A DNA stretch of 64,000 nt from assembly GCA_963771645.1 (NCBI GenBank), contig CAVYUH010000014.1, positions 62,146 to 126,145 of the forward strand, written 5' to 3'. Source of the stretch: an uncultured Actinomycetota bacterium. Its GTDB lineage: Bacteria > Actinomycetota > Actinomycetes > Actinomycetales > Microbacteriaceae. The notes below the pieces were generated by a model. The model had not been told where the DNA came from. It made no database searches and was given only the letters and a program-made list of their open reading frames with translations. The position numbers and the translations under genes were made by a program. Of the stretch, positions 37,185-47,725 are shown piece after piece (the first letter of the stretch is position 1; each line of letters begins with the position of its first letter).

Positions 37185-37265
37185 GCACGTCCAGCATCCT
37201 CTCAAGCCGCTCTCAGATCGCCTGATCCGGCCGGGGCTACCGTCCGGATCGACGGAGGGAGCACC

Positions 37266-37664
37266 GTGCCCAAGGACGAGAGGGAGCTGCCGTCGACCAT
37301 CGAGCGGTCGGACGAGCACGCGCAGGACATCTACAGCGAGACGCTGGAGTCGGCGGAGGAGACCTACGGCGACGGCGAGCGGGCGCACCGCACGGCCTAC
37401 GCGTCGCTGAAGCACAGCTACGAGAAGGTCGGCGACCACTGGGAGCCGAAGGAGCACAAGGGCCCGTCCGACGAGGGCGCGAAGCAGGGCGGCCCGGGGC
37501 GGCACGAGACGAAGGGGGGCGTCGATGCGAACGCGTCGAAGGCGCATCTCGAGGACGTGGCCAAGGAGCTCGACGTCCCCGGCCGCTCGACGATGAAGAA
37601 GGACGAGCTGGTCGACGCCATCCAGAAGGCGAACGCCAAGGAGACCAGGAAGGCCCGCGAGTAG
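37266..37664 (+). CDS. ChaB-family protein with C-terminal Rho_N-like domain
   Basis: ELPSTIERSD...RAHRTAYASLKHSYEKVGDHW; GRSTMKKDELVDAI. Confidence 0.88.
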   Translation: MPKDERELPSTIERSDEHAQDIYSETLESAEETYGDGERAHRTAYASLKHSYEKVGDHWEPKEHKGPSDEGAKQGGPGRHETKGGVDANASKAHLEDVAKELDVPGRSTMKKDELVDAIQKANAKETRKARE

Positions 37665-37703
37665 CCGGGCCGACGAGAGGCGGCCCCCGGCATACTCGAG
37701 GCC

Positions 37704-38426
37704 ATGCCGAGCGCTCTCGTCACCGGGGTCAGCAGGCGGGCCGGCATCGCGTGGACGGTGGCGCACCGCCTCGCCGCGGACGGCTGGGACGTCACCGCCT
37801 CCGGCTGGCCCGGGCACGACCGCGAGCAGACGTGGGGCGAGGACTCGGTCGCCGCCCCGGCGATGCCGTGGCTCGCCGCCGACCTGGCCGACCCCGAGGC
37901 GCCCGCCCGGCTCGCGGCCGCGCATGTGGCGCGCGCCGGCGGCATCGACGCGCTCGTCGCGGTGCACGCGCGGTCGAGTGACCAGGACCTCGCCATGGTC
38001 ACCGCCACGGAGCTGGACGCCTCGTTCGCGGTGAACGCCCGCGCCACCGTGCTGCTCGTGCAGGCCGCCGCCTCGGCCGGCGTCCGCCGGGTGGTGCTCT
38101 TCACGACCGGCGTGCACCAGCGGCCGATGCCGGACGAGATCCCGTACGTCGTGTCGAAGGCCGCGATCCAGGGCGTCACGGCGACGCTCGCCGCCGCGCT
38201 CGCGCCGTCGGGTGCGACGGTGAACTGCGTGAACCCGGGCCCGAACGACACCGGCTGGGCCGACGACGCGACCCGCGCCGAGGTCGCCGCGGCGATGCCG
38301 CTGCGGTCCCGATGGGGCACGCCCGCCGACGCCGCCGACCTCGTCGCCTTCCTCGTCTCCGACGCCGCGCAGTGGATCACCGGTCAGACGATCGACTCCG
38401 ACGGCGGGTGGGGCGTCAGGAGCTAG
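37704..38426 (+). CDS. SDR oxidoreductase
   Basis: VTGVSRRAGI, YVVSKAA, VNPGPNDTGW, WITGQTI. Confidence 0.88.
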   Translation: MPSALVTGVSRRAGIAWTVAHRLAADGWDVTASGWPGHDREQTWGEDSVAAPAMPWLAADLADPEAPARLAAAHVARAGGIDALVAVHARSSDQDLAMVTATELDASFAVNARATVLLVQAAASAGVRRVVLFTTGVHQRPMPDEIPYVVSKAAIQGVTATLAAALAPSGATVNCVNPGPNDTGWADDATRAEVAAAMPLRSRWGTPADAADLVAFLVSDAAQWITGQTIDSDGGWGVRS

Positions 38427-38883
38427 CGCCGCCGCTCACCTGGCGGCGGACCTCCGTCGTGTACCAGATGCGGCCCGGCGTCGTGCAGCCGGGCACCGTG
38501 CCGACGGCGCCCGGCGTGCCGAGGAACGAGGTGGATGCGCCCGCCTTCGCGCGCGTCTGCCCGTACGGGTCGAGCAGCCGCAGCCGGGTGTCGGCGCTCC
38601 ACCCGGGCGGGAGCACGAGGAGCACGTGGCCCTGCAGGGCGTCGACCGAGAAGCACACGCGGTCCCCGCTGCGCGCGCCCCGCAGCACCCCCTGCACCAC
38701 GCCGGTCGCCTTGCCGTCCCCGCTCCGCGCTGCGGTCGGCACGGCGAGCGACCCGCTGTGCCGGTCCTGGGGCAGCAGCGCGACCACGACGAGCGCGACA
38801 GCGAGCACGCCGAGGACGATCACCATGCGCCGAAGACGGCGGGCGCGCAGGCGGTGCGCGCCCGGGCTCTCGAAGAGGGTCAC
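38416..38883 (-). CDS. Hypothetical membrane-anchored or secreted protein
   Basis: Basic N-terminus, one TM segment, two-Cys beta domain (VCFSV...LVLPPGW...VPGC). Confidence 0.55.
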   Translation of the reverse strand: MTLFESPGAHRLRARRLRRMVIVLGVLAVALVVVALLPQDRHSGSLAVPTAARSGDGKATGVVQGVLRGARSGDRVCFSVDALQGHVLLVLPPGWSADTRLRLLDPYGQTRAKAGASTSFLGTPGAVGTVPGCTTPGRIWYTTEVRRQVSGGASS

Positions 38884-38997
38884 GGGCGAGACGGTACCGG
38901 GCGCATCCGAGGTCACAGGCAGGCGCTCGGCCCTACGATCCGTGAAGACGGCACGGGACATCACCGGCCGATCGACCCACAGAGGGACAGGAGCGGC

Positions 38998-40135
38998 ATG
39001 GCCGACATCAAGAAGGGGCTCGCTGGTGTCGTCGTCGACACGACCGCGATCTCGAAGGTCAACCCCGAGACGAACTCGCTGCTCTACCGCGGCTACCCCG
39101 TGCAGGAGCTCGCCGCGTCGTGCTCCGTCGAGCAGGTCGCCTGGCTCCTCTGGCACGGCGAGCTGCCCACCGACGACGAGCTGACGGCCTTCGAGGCCGA
39201 CGAGCGCACCCAGCGGGCGCTGCCGCCGGAGCTGAAGACGGTGATCGACGGCCTGCCGACCAGCACGCATCCCATGGACGTGGTGCGCACCGCGGTCAGC
39301 GTGATCGGCGCGCTGGACCCGGATGCCGAGGACTCGAGCCGCGAGGCGAACCTCGCGAAGTCCGTGCGCCTGTTCGCGATGCTGCCCGCCGTCGTCGCGT
39401 ACGACCAGCGCCGCCGGCACGGCGAGGAGCTCGTCCCGCCGCGGGACGACCTCGACTACGCGCGGAACTTCCTCTGGATGACCTTCGGCGAGGAGCCGGA
39501 CGAGGTCGAGGCCGACGTGTTCCGGATCTCGATGGTGCTCGTACGCCGAGCACTCGTTCAACGCCTCCACGTTCACCGCCCGCGTCGTCACGTCGACCCT
39601 CGCCGACCTCTACTCGGCGGTCACCGCGGCGGTCGGCGCCCTGAAGGGCCCGCTGCACGGCGGTGCGAACGAGGCCGTGATGCACCTGTTCGACGAGATC
39701 GGGAGCCCTGACGCGGTCGACGGGTGGCTCGACACCGCCCTCGCGCAGAAGCGGAAGATCATGGGCTTCGGCCACCGCGTCTACAAGAACGGCGACTCCC
39801 GGGTGCCGACGATGAAGGCGGCGCTCGACCGGCTCGTCGCGAAGCGCGAGGCGCACGGCGTCGCGGAGCTCTACGAGCGGCTGGAGGGGGCGATGCTCGA
39901 GCGCAAGCACATCCGCCCGAACCTCGACTACCCGAGCGGCCCCGCGTACGCCCTGCTCGGCTTCGACACGTGGACGTTCACGCCGCTGTTCGTCGCGGCA
40001 CGGGTCGTCGGCTGGACCGCGCACGTGATGGAGCAGCTCGAGTCGAACGCCCTCATCCGCCCGCTCTCCGAGTACGTCGGACCGGACGAGCGCCACCTCG
40101 ACGCCGCACCGAACGGCCTCAGCGCGGCGTCATGA
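38998..40135 (+). CDS. prpC: 2-methylcitrate/citrate synthase (indel near 39541)
   Basis: IKKGLAGVVVD, LLYRGY, HPMD, AEHSFNASTF, GPLHGGANE, MGFGHRVY, PNLDY. Confidence 0.85.
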
Positions 40136-40947
40136 GCGACGACCGCCGGCGCGAGCTCGGCAGCTCCGACGCGCCCATCGAGGACGAGGTCGCCGAGGGC
40201 TTCGACGCCACGGTCAGCGCGGGCGCGCAGCGGGTGAACCGCCGTCTGCGGGACGTGATCATCACCGGGCTCTTCGGCGGCCTCGAGGTGGGCACCGGGG
40301 TGATGGCCTACCTCGGCGTCCTGCACGAGACCGGCAGCCATCTGCTCGCCGGCCTCGCGTTCAGCATCGGCTTCATCGCGCTGATGCTCGCCCACAGCGA
40401 GCTCTTCACCGAGAACTTCCTGATGCCGGTCGCGGCCGTCGCAGCCCACGAGGGCACGGTCGCCCAGCTGCTGCGGCTCTGGGTCGGCACGCTGCTCGCC
40501 AACCTCGTCGGCGGCTGGGTCGTCATGTGGCTCGTCGTGATCGCCTTCCCGCAATGGCACGACACGGTGCTCTCATCGGGCCGCCACTTCACCGAGGCCG
40601 GGTTCTCGGCGCAGTCGGTCGTCCTCGCGGTGCTCGCCGGCAGCACGATCACGCTGATGACCCGGATGCAGACCGGCACCGACTCCGACGTCGCGAAGAT
40701 CGTGGCATCGGTCGCGGGCGGCTTCCTCCTCGCCGGCTTCTCGCTGTTCCACTCGATCCTCGACTCGCTGCTGATCTTCGGCGCGATCGACGAGGGCGCC
40801 GGCGTCACCTACGGCGAGTGGCTCGGCTGGTTCGGGCCCACGCTGCTCTTCAACGTGCTCGGGGGCGTGCTGCTCGTCACGACGCTCCGCCTCGTCCGCA
40901 CGAAGGAGCTCGTGCAGAACCGCCGCCGCGAGGCGACGAGCGACTGA
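40132..40947 (+). CDS. Formate/nitrite transporter family protein
   Basis: ELFTENF, ANLVGG, FHSI, NVLGG; ATGA overlap with upstream gene. Confidence 0.85.
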   Translation: MSDDRRRELGSSDAPIEDEVAEGFDATVSAGAQRVNRRLRDVIITGLFGGLEVGTGVMAYLGVLHETGSHLLAGLAFSIGFIALMLAHSELFTENFLMPVAAVAAHEGTVAQLLRLWVGTLLANLVGGWVVMWLVVIAFPQWHDTVLSSGRHFTEAGFSAQSVVLAVLAGSTITLMTRMQTGTDSDVAKIVASVAGGFLLAGFSLFHSILDSLLIFGAIDEGAGVTYGEWLGWFGPTLLFNVLGGVLLVTTLRLVRTKELVQNRRREATSD

Positions 40948-40971
40948 CGGGCCGGCCCGCTTCCGCGCCGT

Positions 40972-41059
40972 GCCCGCCCGGGATCCGGGCGCCTTCGGTC
41001 ATTCCGGGCGTCTTCTTCCGCCCGCATTGTCCGAAGCGGCCCGGATTCGGGAGGGCGGG
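40972..41059. repeat. Long imperfect inverted repeat between convergent genes
   Basis: CCCGCCC..ATCCGGGC..CTTCGG..CGGGCG-tcttcttc-CGCCCG..CCGAAG..GCCCGGAT..GGGCGGG, arms about 40 nt. Confidence 0.6.
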
Positions 41060-41928
41060 TCAGCGCGCGACGGCTCGGCGGGGCCGAACGTCTGCGCCTG
41101 GATCGCGGCCGACAGCGCGGCGATCGGCTCGCGCGGCGCCGCGGGGTTCGCGAGCAGCCGGAAGTCGACCTCCGCGAGGTCGGGCAGCGAGAACCGGTTC
41201 GTCACCTTCGTGAGGTCGCCCGGGATCAGGGAGTGCGGGAACACCGAGACGCCGAGGCCGGCCCGGACCGCGGCGACCAGCGCACCGACGTCGCGGACGG
41301 TGCAGACGACGCGCCACCGGCGGCCCTGCCGCTCCAGCGCCTCGATCGCCATGGTCCGGCTGAGGCTCGGCGCCCGGTACATCACGAGTGGCACGGGCTT
41401 GCCCTCCTCGACCACGGTCGTCTCCTGACCGACCCACACGAAGCGGTCGCGGAGCACGAGCGTGCCCTCGCCCGGCGCCTCGGCCGGCTCCTTCACGAAG
41501 ACGAGGTCGAGCTGGCCGGCGGCGAGGCGGCGCACCAGCGGCCCGGACTGCCCGACCGTCAGCTCGAGGGTGATCTGCGGGTTCTGCTGCCGGAAGTGCC
41601 GCAGGATGCGCGGCAGCTGCGTGATCGCGAGGTCGTCCGCGGCGCCGAACCGCAGCCGCCCGCGCGCCGCAGGCCCCGCGAAGTACGCCTCGGCCGAAGC
41701 GTGAGCCGCGAGGATCGACCTGGCGAACCCGGCCAGCGCGTCGCCGGCGTCGGTGAGCCGCACGTCCCGGGTGTCCCGCAGCACGAGGGAGCGGCCGACG
41801 GCCGTCTCGAGCTTCTTGATGTGCTGGCTCACCGTCGGCTGGCTGAGCCCGAGGCGCTGCCCGGCGCCCGTGAAGCTGCCGGCGTCGACGACGCCGAGGA
41901 ACGTACGGAGCAGCACCGGGTCGTACAC
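40999..41928 (-). CDS. LysR-family regulator (true stop possibly 41060 after an indel)
   Basis: LRTFLGVVDAGSFTGAGQRLGLSQPTVSQHIKKLE; substrate-binding domain. Confidence 0.92.
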   Translation of the reverse strand: MYDPVLLRTFLGVVDAGSFTGAGQRLGLSQPTVSQHIKKLETAVGRSLVLRDTRDVRLTDAGDALAGFARSILAAHASAEAYFAGPAARGRLRFGAADDLAITQLPRILRHFRQQNPQITLELTVGQSGPLVRRLAAGQLDLVFVKEPAEAPGEGTLVLRDRFVWVGQETTVVEEGKPVPLVMYRAPSLSRTMAIEALERQGRRWRVVCTVRDVGALVAAVRAGLGVSVFPHSLIPGDLTKVTNRFSLPDLAEVDFRLLANPAAPREPIAALSAAIQAQTFGPAEPSRADPPSRIRAASDNAGGRRRPE

Positions 41929-41948
41929 GGGTCCCCCTCATTCGAAAC

Positions 41949-41982
41949 ACCGATGTCATTTATAGTCCGCATTGACATCGGT
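41949..41982. promoter_or_regulatory. Dyad ACCGATGTCA-N14-TGACATCGGT in LysR/MFS divergent promoter
   Basis: 10-bp perfect inverted repeat; contains TTGACA. Confidence 0.55.
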
Positions 41983-42015
41983 AATGGGCGCGATCTGCGT
42001 ACCATTGATCGAGGC

Positions 42016-43334
42016 ATGAGCGCAACATCGAACCCCCCGTCTCCACATCCGCCTCCTCCGCACCGCCCGCCCGCACCTGGCGGGACAGCTTCTCGTCGCT
42101 GTCCGTGCGCAACTTCCGCCTCTTCGCCGGCGCGAACATCCTCGCGATGACGGCGACCTGGATGCAGCGGATCGCGCAGGACTGGCTGGTGCTGCAGCTG
42201 ACGGGCAGCGTCGCGGACGTCGGCGTGACGGTGGCGATGCAGTTCGGCCCGATGCTCGTCTTCGGCCTCTACGGCGGCGTGATCGTCGACCGCTCCTCGA
42301 AGCGCAAGCTGCTGATGATCACGCAGAGCACCGTCGGACGTCCTCTCCGCGGTGCTCGCGATCCTCGCCCTGACCGGGCACCGCGACGGTGTGGGCGGTC
42401 TGGGCGACCGCGCTCGGCGTCGGGCTCGCGACCGTGGTGGACAACCCGGCGCGGCAGGTCTTCGTGAACGAGCTGGTCGGCCCCACGCACCTGCGCAACG
42501 CCATCACGATCAACTCCGGCGTGTTCCAGCTCGGCGGCCTCATCGGCCCCGCGGTGAGCGGCGCGCTGATCGCGGCGATCGGCGGCGGCTTCGCCTTCGC
42601 GGTGAACGCGCTCGCGTGCGCCGTGACCGTCTTCATGCTCACCCGCCTCGACGTCAGCGCGCTCACGCCCATCACCCCGGCGCCGCGCAGCAAGGGCCAG
42701 CTGAAGGAGGGCGTGCAGTACGCCGCCGCGCGGCCCGCGATCCGCTGGCCGATCGTGCTCGTCGGCTTCCTCTCGGTCTTCACCATCACCATGCCGGTGC
42801 TGCTCGCCTCCTACGCGAAGAACGTGTTCGACCAGGGCGCGGCCGGCTACGGCCTCTTCAACTCGCTGGTCGCCGGTGGCGCGCTCGTCGGCGCGATCCT
42901 CACCACCCGGCGCACGGTCATCCGCCTCCGCACCGTGATCGTCTGCGGCGGCGTCTGGGCCATCGTGCAGGCCATCGCCGCGCTGATGCCCTCGGAGATC
43001 GCCTTCGGCGTCGCGCTCGTCGGCATCGGCATCGCGAACCAGTACTTCTTCATGGCGGCCAACCCGCTCATCCAGACCACGAGCAGCACCCGCATCCGCG
43101 GCCGGGTGATGGCCGTCTGGATCCTCGTGCTGCTCGGCGGCCAGGGCATCGGCGGCCCGGTGATGGGCTGGATCGTGGATGCGATCGGCCCCCGCGACGC
43201 GATGTTCCTCTCCGGCGCCGTGCCGGCCCTCGCGGCCGTCGGGATCGCGGCGCTCGATCGCACGCCAGGGCGCCCTGACGCTGAAGATGCAGTGGCGCAC
43301 CCCGCTGCACCCGGTCGCGATCCAGCCCCGCTGA
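42016..43334 (+). CDS. MFS transporter (MFS_3/DUF894-like; indels)
   Basis: NFRLF...TWMQRIAQDWLVLQLT; DNPARQVFVNELVG; RGRVMA. Confidence 0.85.
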
Positions 43335-43337
43335 GCC

Positions 43338-44360
43338 TCAGCGCACGACGAGGCGCGGCTTCACCAGCCGGTGCTGCGGGTCGTCGACGCCGTCGGCGCC
43401 GCCCGCCCGGCCGCGGTGCGCGCCGATGAGCAGGTCGAGGACGCCCTCCGCCACCTCGTCGAGCTGCTGCGCGACGCTGCAGAGGCCGAGCGCCCGCGCC
43501 ACCGGGGTGTCGTCGTAGCCGACGATCGGCACGCCGGTCGCCGAGCGCCAGCCGGGCCGCGAGCGCGAGCGAGTCGCTCGCGCAGACGACCGCGTCGGGC
43601 GTCGGGTCGAGCGCCGCGACGCAGGCGTGTCGCGATCGTGCTGTCGCGTCGGATCCTCGTCGACCGTCGAGGTCGAGGGTCGCGAGCTCCGCCTCCGTCA
43701 GGTCGGTCCGTGCCGCCATCGTCGCGCGCCAGCCCGCGCGACGGTCGTCGCCCGTGCCCGATCCGGCCGGCCAGCCGAGGAACGCGATGCGGCGCGCGCC
43801 GGCGGCGAGCACGTGCTCGGTCGCGAGCGTGAGGCCGTGCCGGCCGTCGACGTCGACCCAGAGGTGCACCGGATCGGTCATGTCGGCGACGCCCCACGGG
43901 CGGCCGAAGGTGACGAACGGCACCTCGTGCTCGATCAGCCAGTCGATGCGGGTGTCGCCGTGATGCGTCGAGGTGAGCACGAAGGCGTCGACGTCCGCGC
44001 CGTCGACCAGCCGGCCGAACTGCTCGATCTCCGCCGCCTCGTCCGCCGCCGTGTAGAGCAGCACGCGGAGGCCGCGCCTTGCCCGCCCGCTCCGCCAGCG
44101 CGTGCAGGAACCGGTCGAGCAGCGAGCCGGAGATCCCGTCGGTGACGGGGTCCAGCCGGACGCCGATCGTCTCGCTCAGCCGCGTGCGCAGCCGGCGGGC
44201 GGAGGCGTGCGGGCCGGTAGTGCAGCCGGGCGATCGCCTCCTCGACGCGCTCCCGCGTCTCGGCGCGCACGATGTGCGGGGTGTTCAGCACGTTCGAGAC
44301 CGTCTGCCGGGAGACGCCCGCCGCCTCGGCGACGTCCGTCACCGTGGGCTGACGGCGCAT
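43338..44360 (-). CDS. LacI-family regulator (indels)
   Basis: PTVTDVAEAAGVSRQTVSNVLN; PFVTFGRP; CASDSLA; IVGYDD. Confidence 0.88.
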
Positions 44361-44424
44361 GCGGCCCTCCTTCACGGTCGGTCCTCGAATCGTAGAACAC
44401 GCTGTGAATCGCCGACGCGACGTA

Positions 44425-44438
44425 TTTGATCGATCAAA
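44425..44438. promoter_or_regulatory. LacI-type operator TTTGATCGATCAAA
   Basis: Perfect 14-bp palindrome with central CG between divergent lacI and catabolic operon. Confidence 0.8.
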
Positions 44439-44461
44439 GGACTGCCGGTTACGGTTCCGGC

Positions 44462-46399
44462 GTGGCGATGAGGCAACCGTTCCTGCACGACGCGGAGGTC
44501 GTGCTCCGGGCTCCGGCGCAGCTCTGGACGCGGTCCGACGGCGCATGTCGGACCGCGATCGACGGCCTCTACGTGTCGGACGTCCGCGTGCTCGCGCCGC
44601 CTCGAGACGACCGTCGCCGGGCAGCCGCCGTCGAGCACGTGCGCACCGACCGGGTCGCGGGCCGATCGCATCCGCCTGGTCGGCCTGCTGCGCGGCCTCG
44701 ACGGCGAGGGCGCGGACCCGCGGGTCCGCCTCGACCGCGACCGCCGGGTCACCGCGGACGGCATGACGGAGACCCTGCGGGTCGTCTCCGCGCGCGACGT
44801 GCCCGTCGAGCTCGACCTCACCGTGCGAGCTCGCGACCGACCTCGCGACGATGCCGCTCCGTGAAGACCGGTGCGCGCGGCGAGCCGGTCGCGGTCGCCG
44901 TCGGCGACGGCACGCGCGGGCTGGAGCGGCGGCAGCGTGCGCGCCACCGTCGGGGTCGGCGGGCCTCGACGCCGTCGCCGACGGGCACGACGCTGCGGCT
45001 CACGTGGCGCACCGTCGTCCCGCCGCACGGCTCGGCCACCGCGTCCTGGACGCTCCGCGCCACCGACGAGGCCGCCGTCGTGCGCGCGCCGGAGGACCGC
45101 ATCCCGCTCCCCGTGCCCGACGAGCGGCATCCCCGACCTCGACCGCTGGCTGGAGACCGCGCGCTCGCCGACCTCGAGGGGCTGCAGCTCGCGCTCCCCG
45201 ACGCGCCCGACGACGTCTTCCTCGCCGCCGGCGCCCCCTGGTTCTTCACGCTGTTCGGCCGCGACTCGATCTGGGCCGCGCGGATGCTGCTGCCCACCGG
45301 CGCTGCGCGTCGCCGACGGCACGCTCAGCGTGCTCGCGCGGCTGCAGGGCGAGCGCGATCGATCCGCGAGACCGGCGAGCGGCCCGGCGGGATCCTGCAC
45401 GAGCTGCGCCGCGACGACGAACCCGCTGCGCTCGCGGCATCGGTGCTGCCGCCCCGCTACTACGGCACCATCGACGCGACCCCGCTCTGGATCCTGCTGC
45501 TGCACGACGCCTGGCGCGCGGGCCTCGACGACGCGACGGTGCGGGACCTGCTGCCGGCGCTGCGCCGCGGCGCTCGGCTGGCTCGCGGACGCCGTGCCGC
45601 GCCGGCGGCTTCCTCGCCTACCAGGACGAGAGCGGCCACGGGCTCGCGAACCAGGGCTGGAAGGACTCCGGCGACAGCATCCAGCTGGCACGACGGCCGG
45701 CTCGCCGAGGGCCCGATCGCGCTCTGCGAGGTGCAGGCCTACGCCCACGAGGCGGCGCTCGCCGCCGTCGTGCTGCTCACGCGCGTTCGGCGCCGCCGAC
45801 GAGGCGGCCCGCTGGGCGACGTGGGCCGCCGCGACCTGAAGGCGCGGTTCCGCGACGCGTTCTGGATCGACGACGCGGACGGCGGCCGTCCGGCCATCGC
45901 GCTCGACGCGCACGGGGCGGCGGTCGACTCGCTGACGAGCAACATCGGCCACCTGCTCGGCACGGGCATGCTCGACGCCGCCGACGAGGCCCGCGTCGCG
46001 GCCCTGCTCGTCGACCCCCGCCTCGACTCCGGCTACGGCCTGCGCACCATGTCGACCGACGACCGCGGCTACTGGCCGCTCAGCTACCACTGCGGCAGCG
46101 TCTGGGCGCACGACACCGCGATCGCCGTGCACGGCCTGCTCCGCGCCGGCTACCCCGACGAGGCGCGCGCAGCTGCGCCGCGGGCTGCGTCGCCGCCGCC
46201 ACCGCGTTCGACGTACCGGATGCCCGAGCTCTACGGCGGCGACCCCGCCTCGGCCGGCGCCCCGTGCCCTATCCCGCCGCCTGCCGGCCGCAGGCCTGGT
46301 CCGCGGCCGCAGCGGTCGTCGCCGCGCGCGGCGCTCACCCCCGACTCGTCCGGCTCCACAGCACCGGTGGGCGCCGTCCCGGCGTCCGCCACCGAATAG
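44462..46399 (+). CDS. Glycogen debranching / amylo-alpha-1,6-glucosidase-like hydrolase (many indels)
   Basis: AAGAPWFFTLFGRDS, PGGILHELR, YYGTIDATPLW, NQGWKDSGDS, EVQAYA, SYHCGSVWAHD, MPELY, ACRPQAW. Confidence 0.82.
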   Translation: MAMRQPFLHDAEVVLRAPAQLWTRSDGACRTAIDGLYVSDVRVLAPPRDDRRRAAAVEHVRTDRVAGRSHPPGRPAARPRRRGRGPAGPPRPRPPGHRGRHDGDPAGRLRARRARRARPHRASSRPTSRRCRSVKTGARGEPVAVAVGDGTRGLERRQRARHRRGRRASTPSPTGTTLRLTWRTVVPPHGSATASWTLRATDEAAVVRAPEDRIPLPVPDERHPRPRPLAGDRALADLEGLQLALPDAPDDVFLAAGAPWFFTLFGRDSIWAARMLLPTGAARRRRHAQRARAAAGRARSIRETGERPGGILHELRRDDEPAALAASVLPPRYYGTIDATPLWILLLHDAWRAGLDDATVRDLLPALRRGARLARGRRAAPAASSPTRTRAATGSRTRAGRTPATASSWHDGRLAEGPIALCEVQAYAHEAALAAVVLLTRVRRRRRGGPLGDVGRRDLKARFRDAFWIDDADGGRPAIALDAHGAAVDSLTSNIGHLLGTGMLDAADEARVAALLVDPRLDSGYGLRTMSTDDRGYWPLSYHCGSVWAHDTAIAVHGLLRAGYPDEARAAAPRAASPPPPRSTYRMPELYGGDPASAGAPCPIPPPAGRRPGPRPQRSSPRAALTPDSSGSTAPVGAVPASATE

Positions 46400-46414
46400 A
46401 AGGAAGAGGCACCC

Positions 46415-47693
46415 ATGCAACGACGCATCGAAGCGGATCACGGCGGGCATCGCCGCCGCAGCGAGCGTGCTCGCCCTCACCGCCTGCGGCTCCGGCTTCA
46501 GCGGTGGATCGTCCGGCTCCTCCGGCGGCAGCAGCGGGGCCGCGGGCGGGCTCACCTCGAGCAAGTCCGCGCTCACGGTCCTGATCGGCTCGTCCGGCGA
46601 CGCCGAGACCGCGGCCGTGAAGTCGGCCGTCGCCGACTGGTCGAGCTCCTCCGGCACGAAGGCGACCGTGCAGGCCGCCAGCAACCTGCCGCAGCAGCTC
46701 GTCGCAGGGCTTCGCCGCGAAGAAGCCGGCCGACGTGTTCTACCTCGGCTCCGACACCTTCGCCTCCTACGCGAAGCAGGGCGACCTGCTCGCCTACGGC
46801 GACCAGCTGAAGAACAGGAGCGACTACTACCCGTCGCTCGTGACGAACTTCACCTATCAGAACAAGTTCTACTGCGCGCCGAAGGACTTCTCGACGCTGC
46901 AGCTCGAGATCAACACCGACATGTGGAAGGCCGCGGGCCTGACCGACAGCGACATCCCGACCACGTGGGACCAGCTCGCGACGGTGGCCAAGAAGCTCAC
47001 CACCGCGCAAGCACGCCGGCCTCGTGACGAGCAACGAGTACCAGCGGCTCGGCGCCTTCATGGTGCAGGCGGGCGGCAACCTCACGAACGACGCCAACAC
47101 GAAGGCGACCGTCGACTCGGCCGCGAACGTGCAGGCCCTCACCTACGCGCAGAACGGCCTGAAGGCCGGCTGGTGGAAGCTCACGAAGGACGTCGGCGCC
47201 GGATGGGGCGGCGAGGCGTTCGGCAAGGGGCTCGCCGCGATGACGATCGAGGGCAACTGGATCGCCGGCGCGATGACGACGGACTACCCGAAGGTGCACT
47301 ACAAGGTCGTGCCGCTGCCCGCCGGTCCCGCCGGCAAGGGCACCCTGCAGTTCACCAACTGCTGGGGCATCGCCGCGGACAGCCCGAACCAGGCGGCGGC
47401 GCTGAAGCTCGTCGAGCAGCTGACCACCGCGAAGGACCAGCTCGCGTTCGCGAAGGCGTTCGGCGTGATGCCGTCCATCAAGTCCGCCGCGAGCGACTGG
47501 AAGTCAGCCAGTTCCCGCAGTTCGCGCCGTTCCTCGACGCGGCCGCCTACGCGAAGGGCGTGCCGACCGCGGTCGGCAGCGCCGACGTGGTCACGGACCT
47601 GAACTCGAAGATGGCCGCGCTGAAGACGCTCGACATCAGAGTCGCTGCTCGACGGCCGAGCAGAAGAACCTCTCGGCGGTCGTGACCGGCTGA
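46415..47693 (+). CDS. Sugar ABC transporter substrate-binding lipoprotein (indels)
   Basis: Lipobox LTAC; APKDFST, PTTWDQL, MTIEGNW. Confidence 0.85.
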
Positions 47694-47725
47694 GCCGACG
47701 GACCGGGATCACGAGGAGGCGAGCG

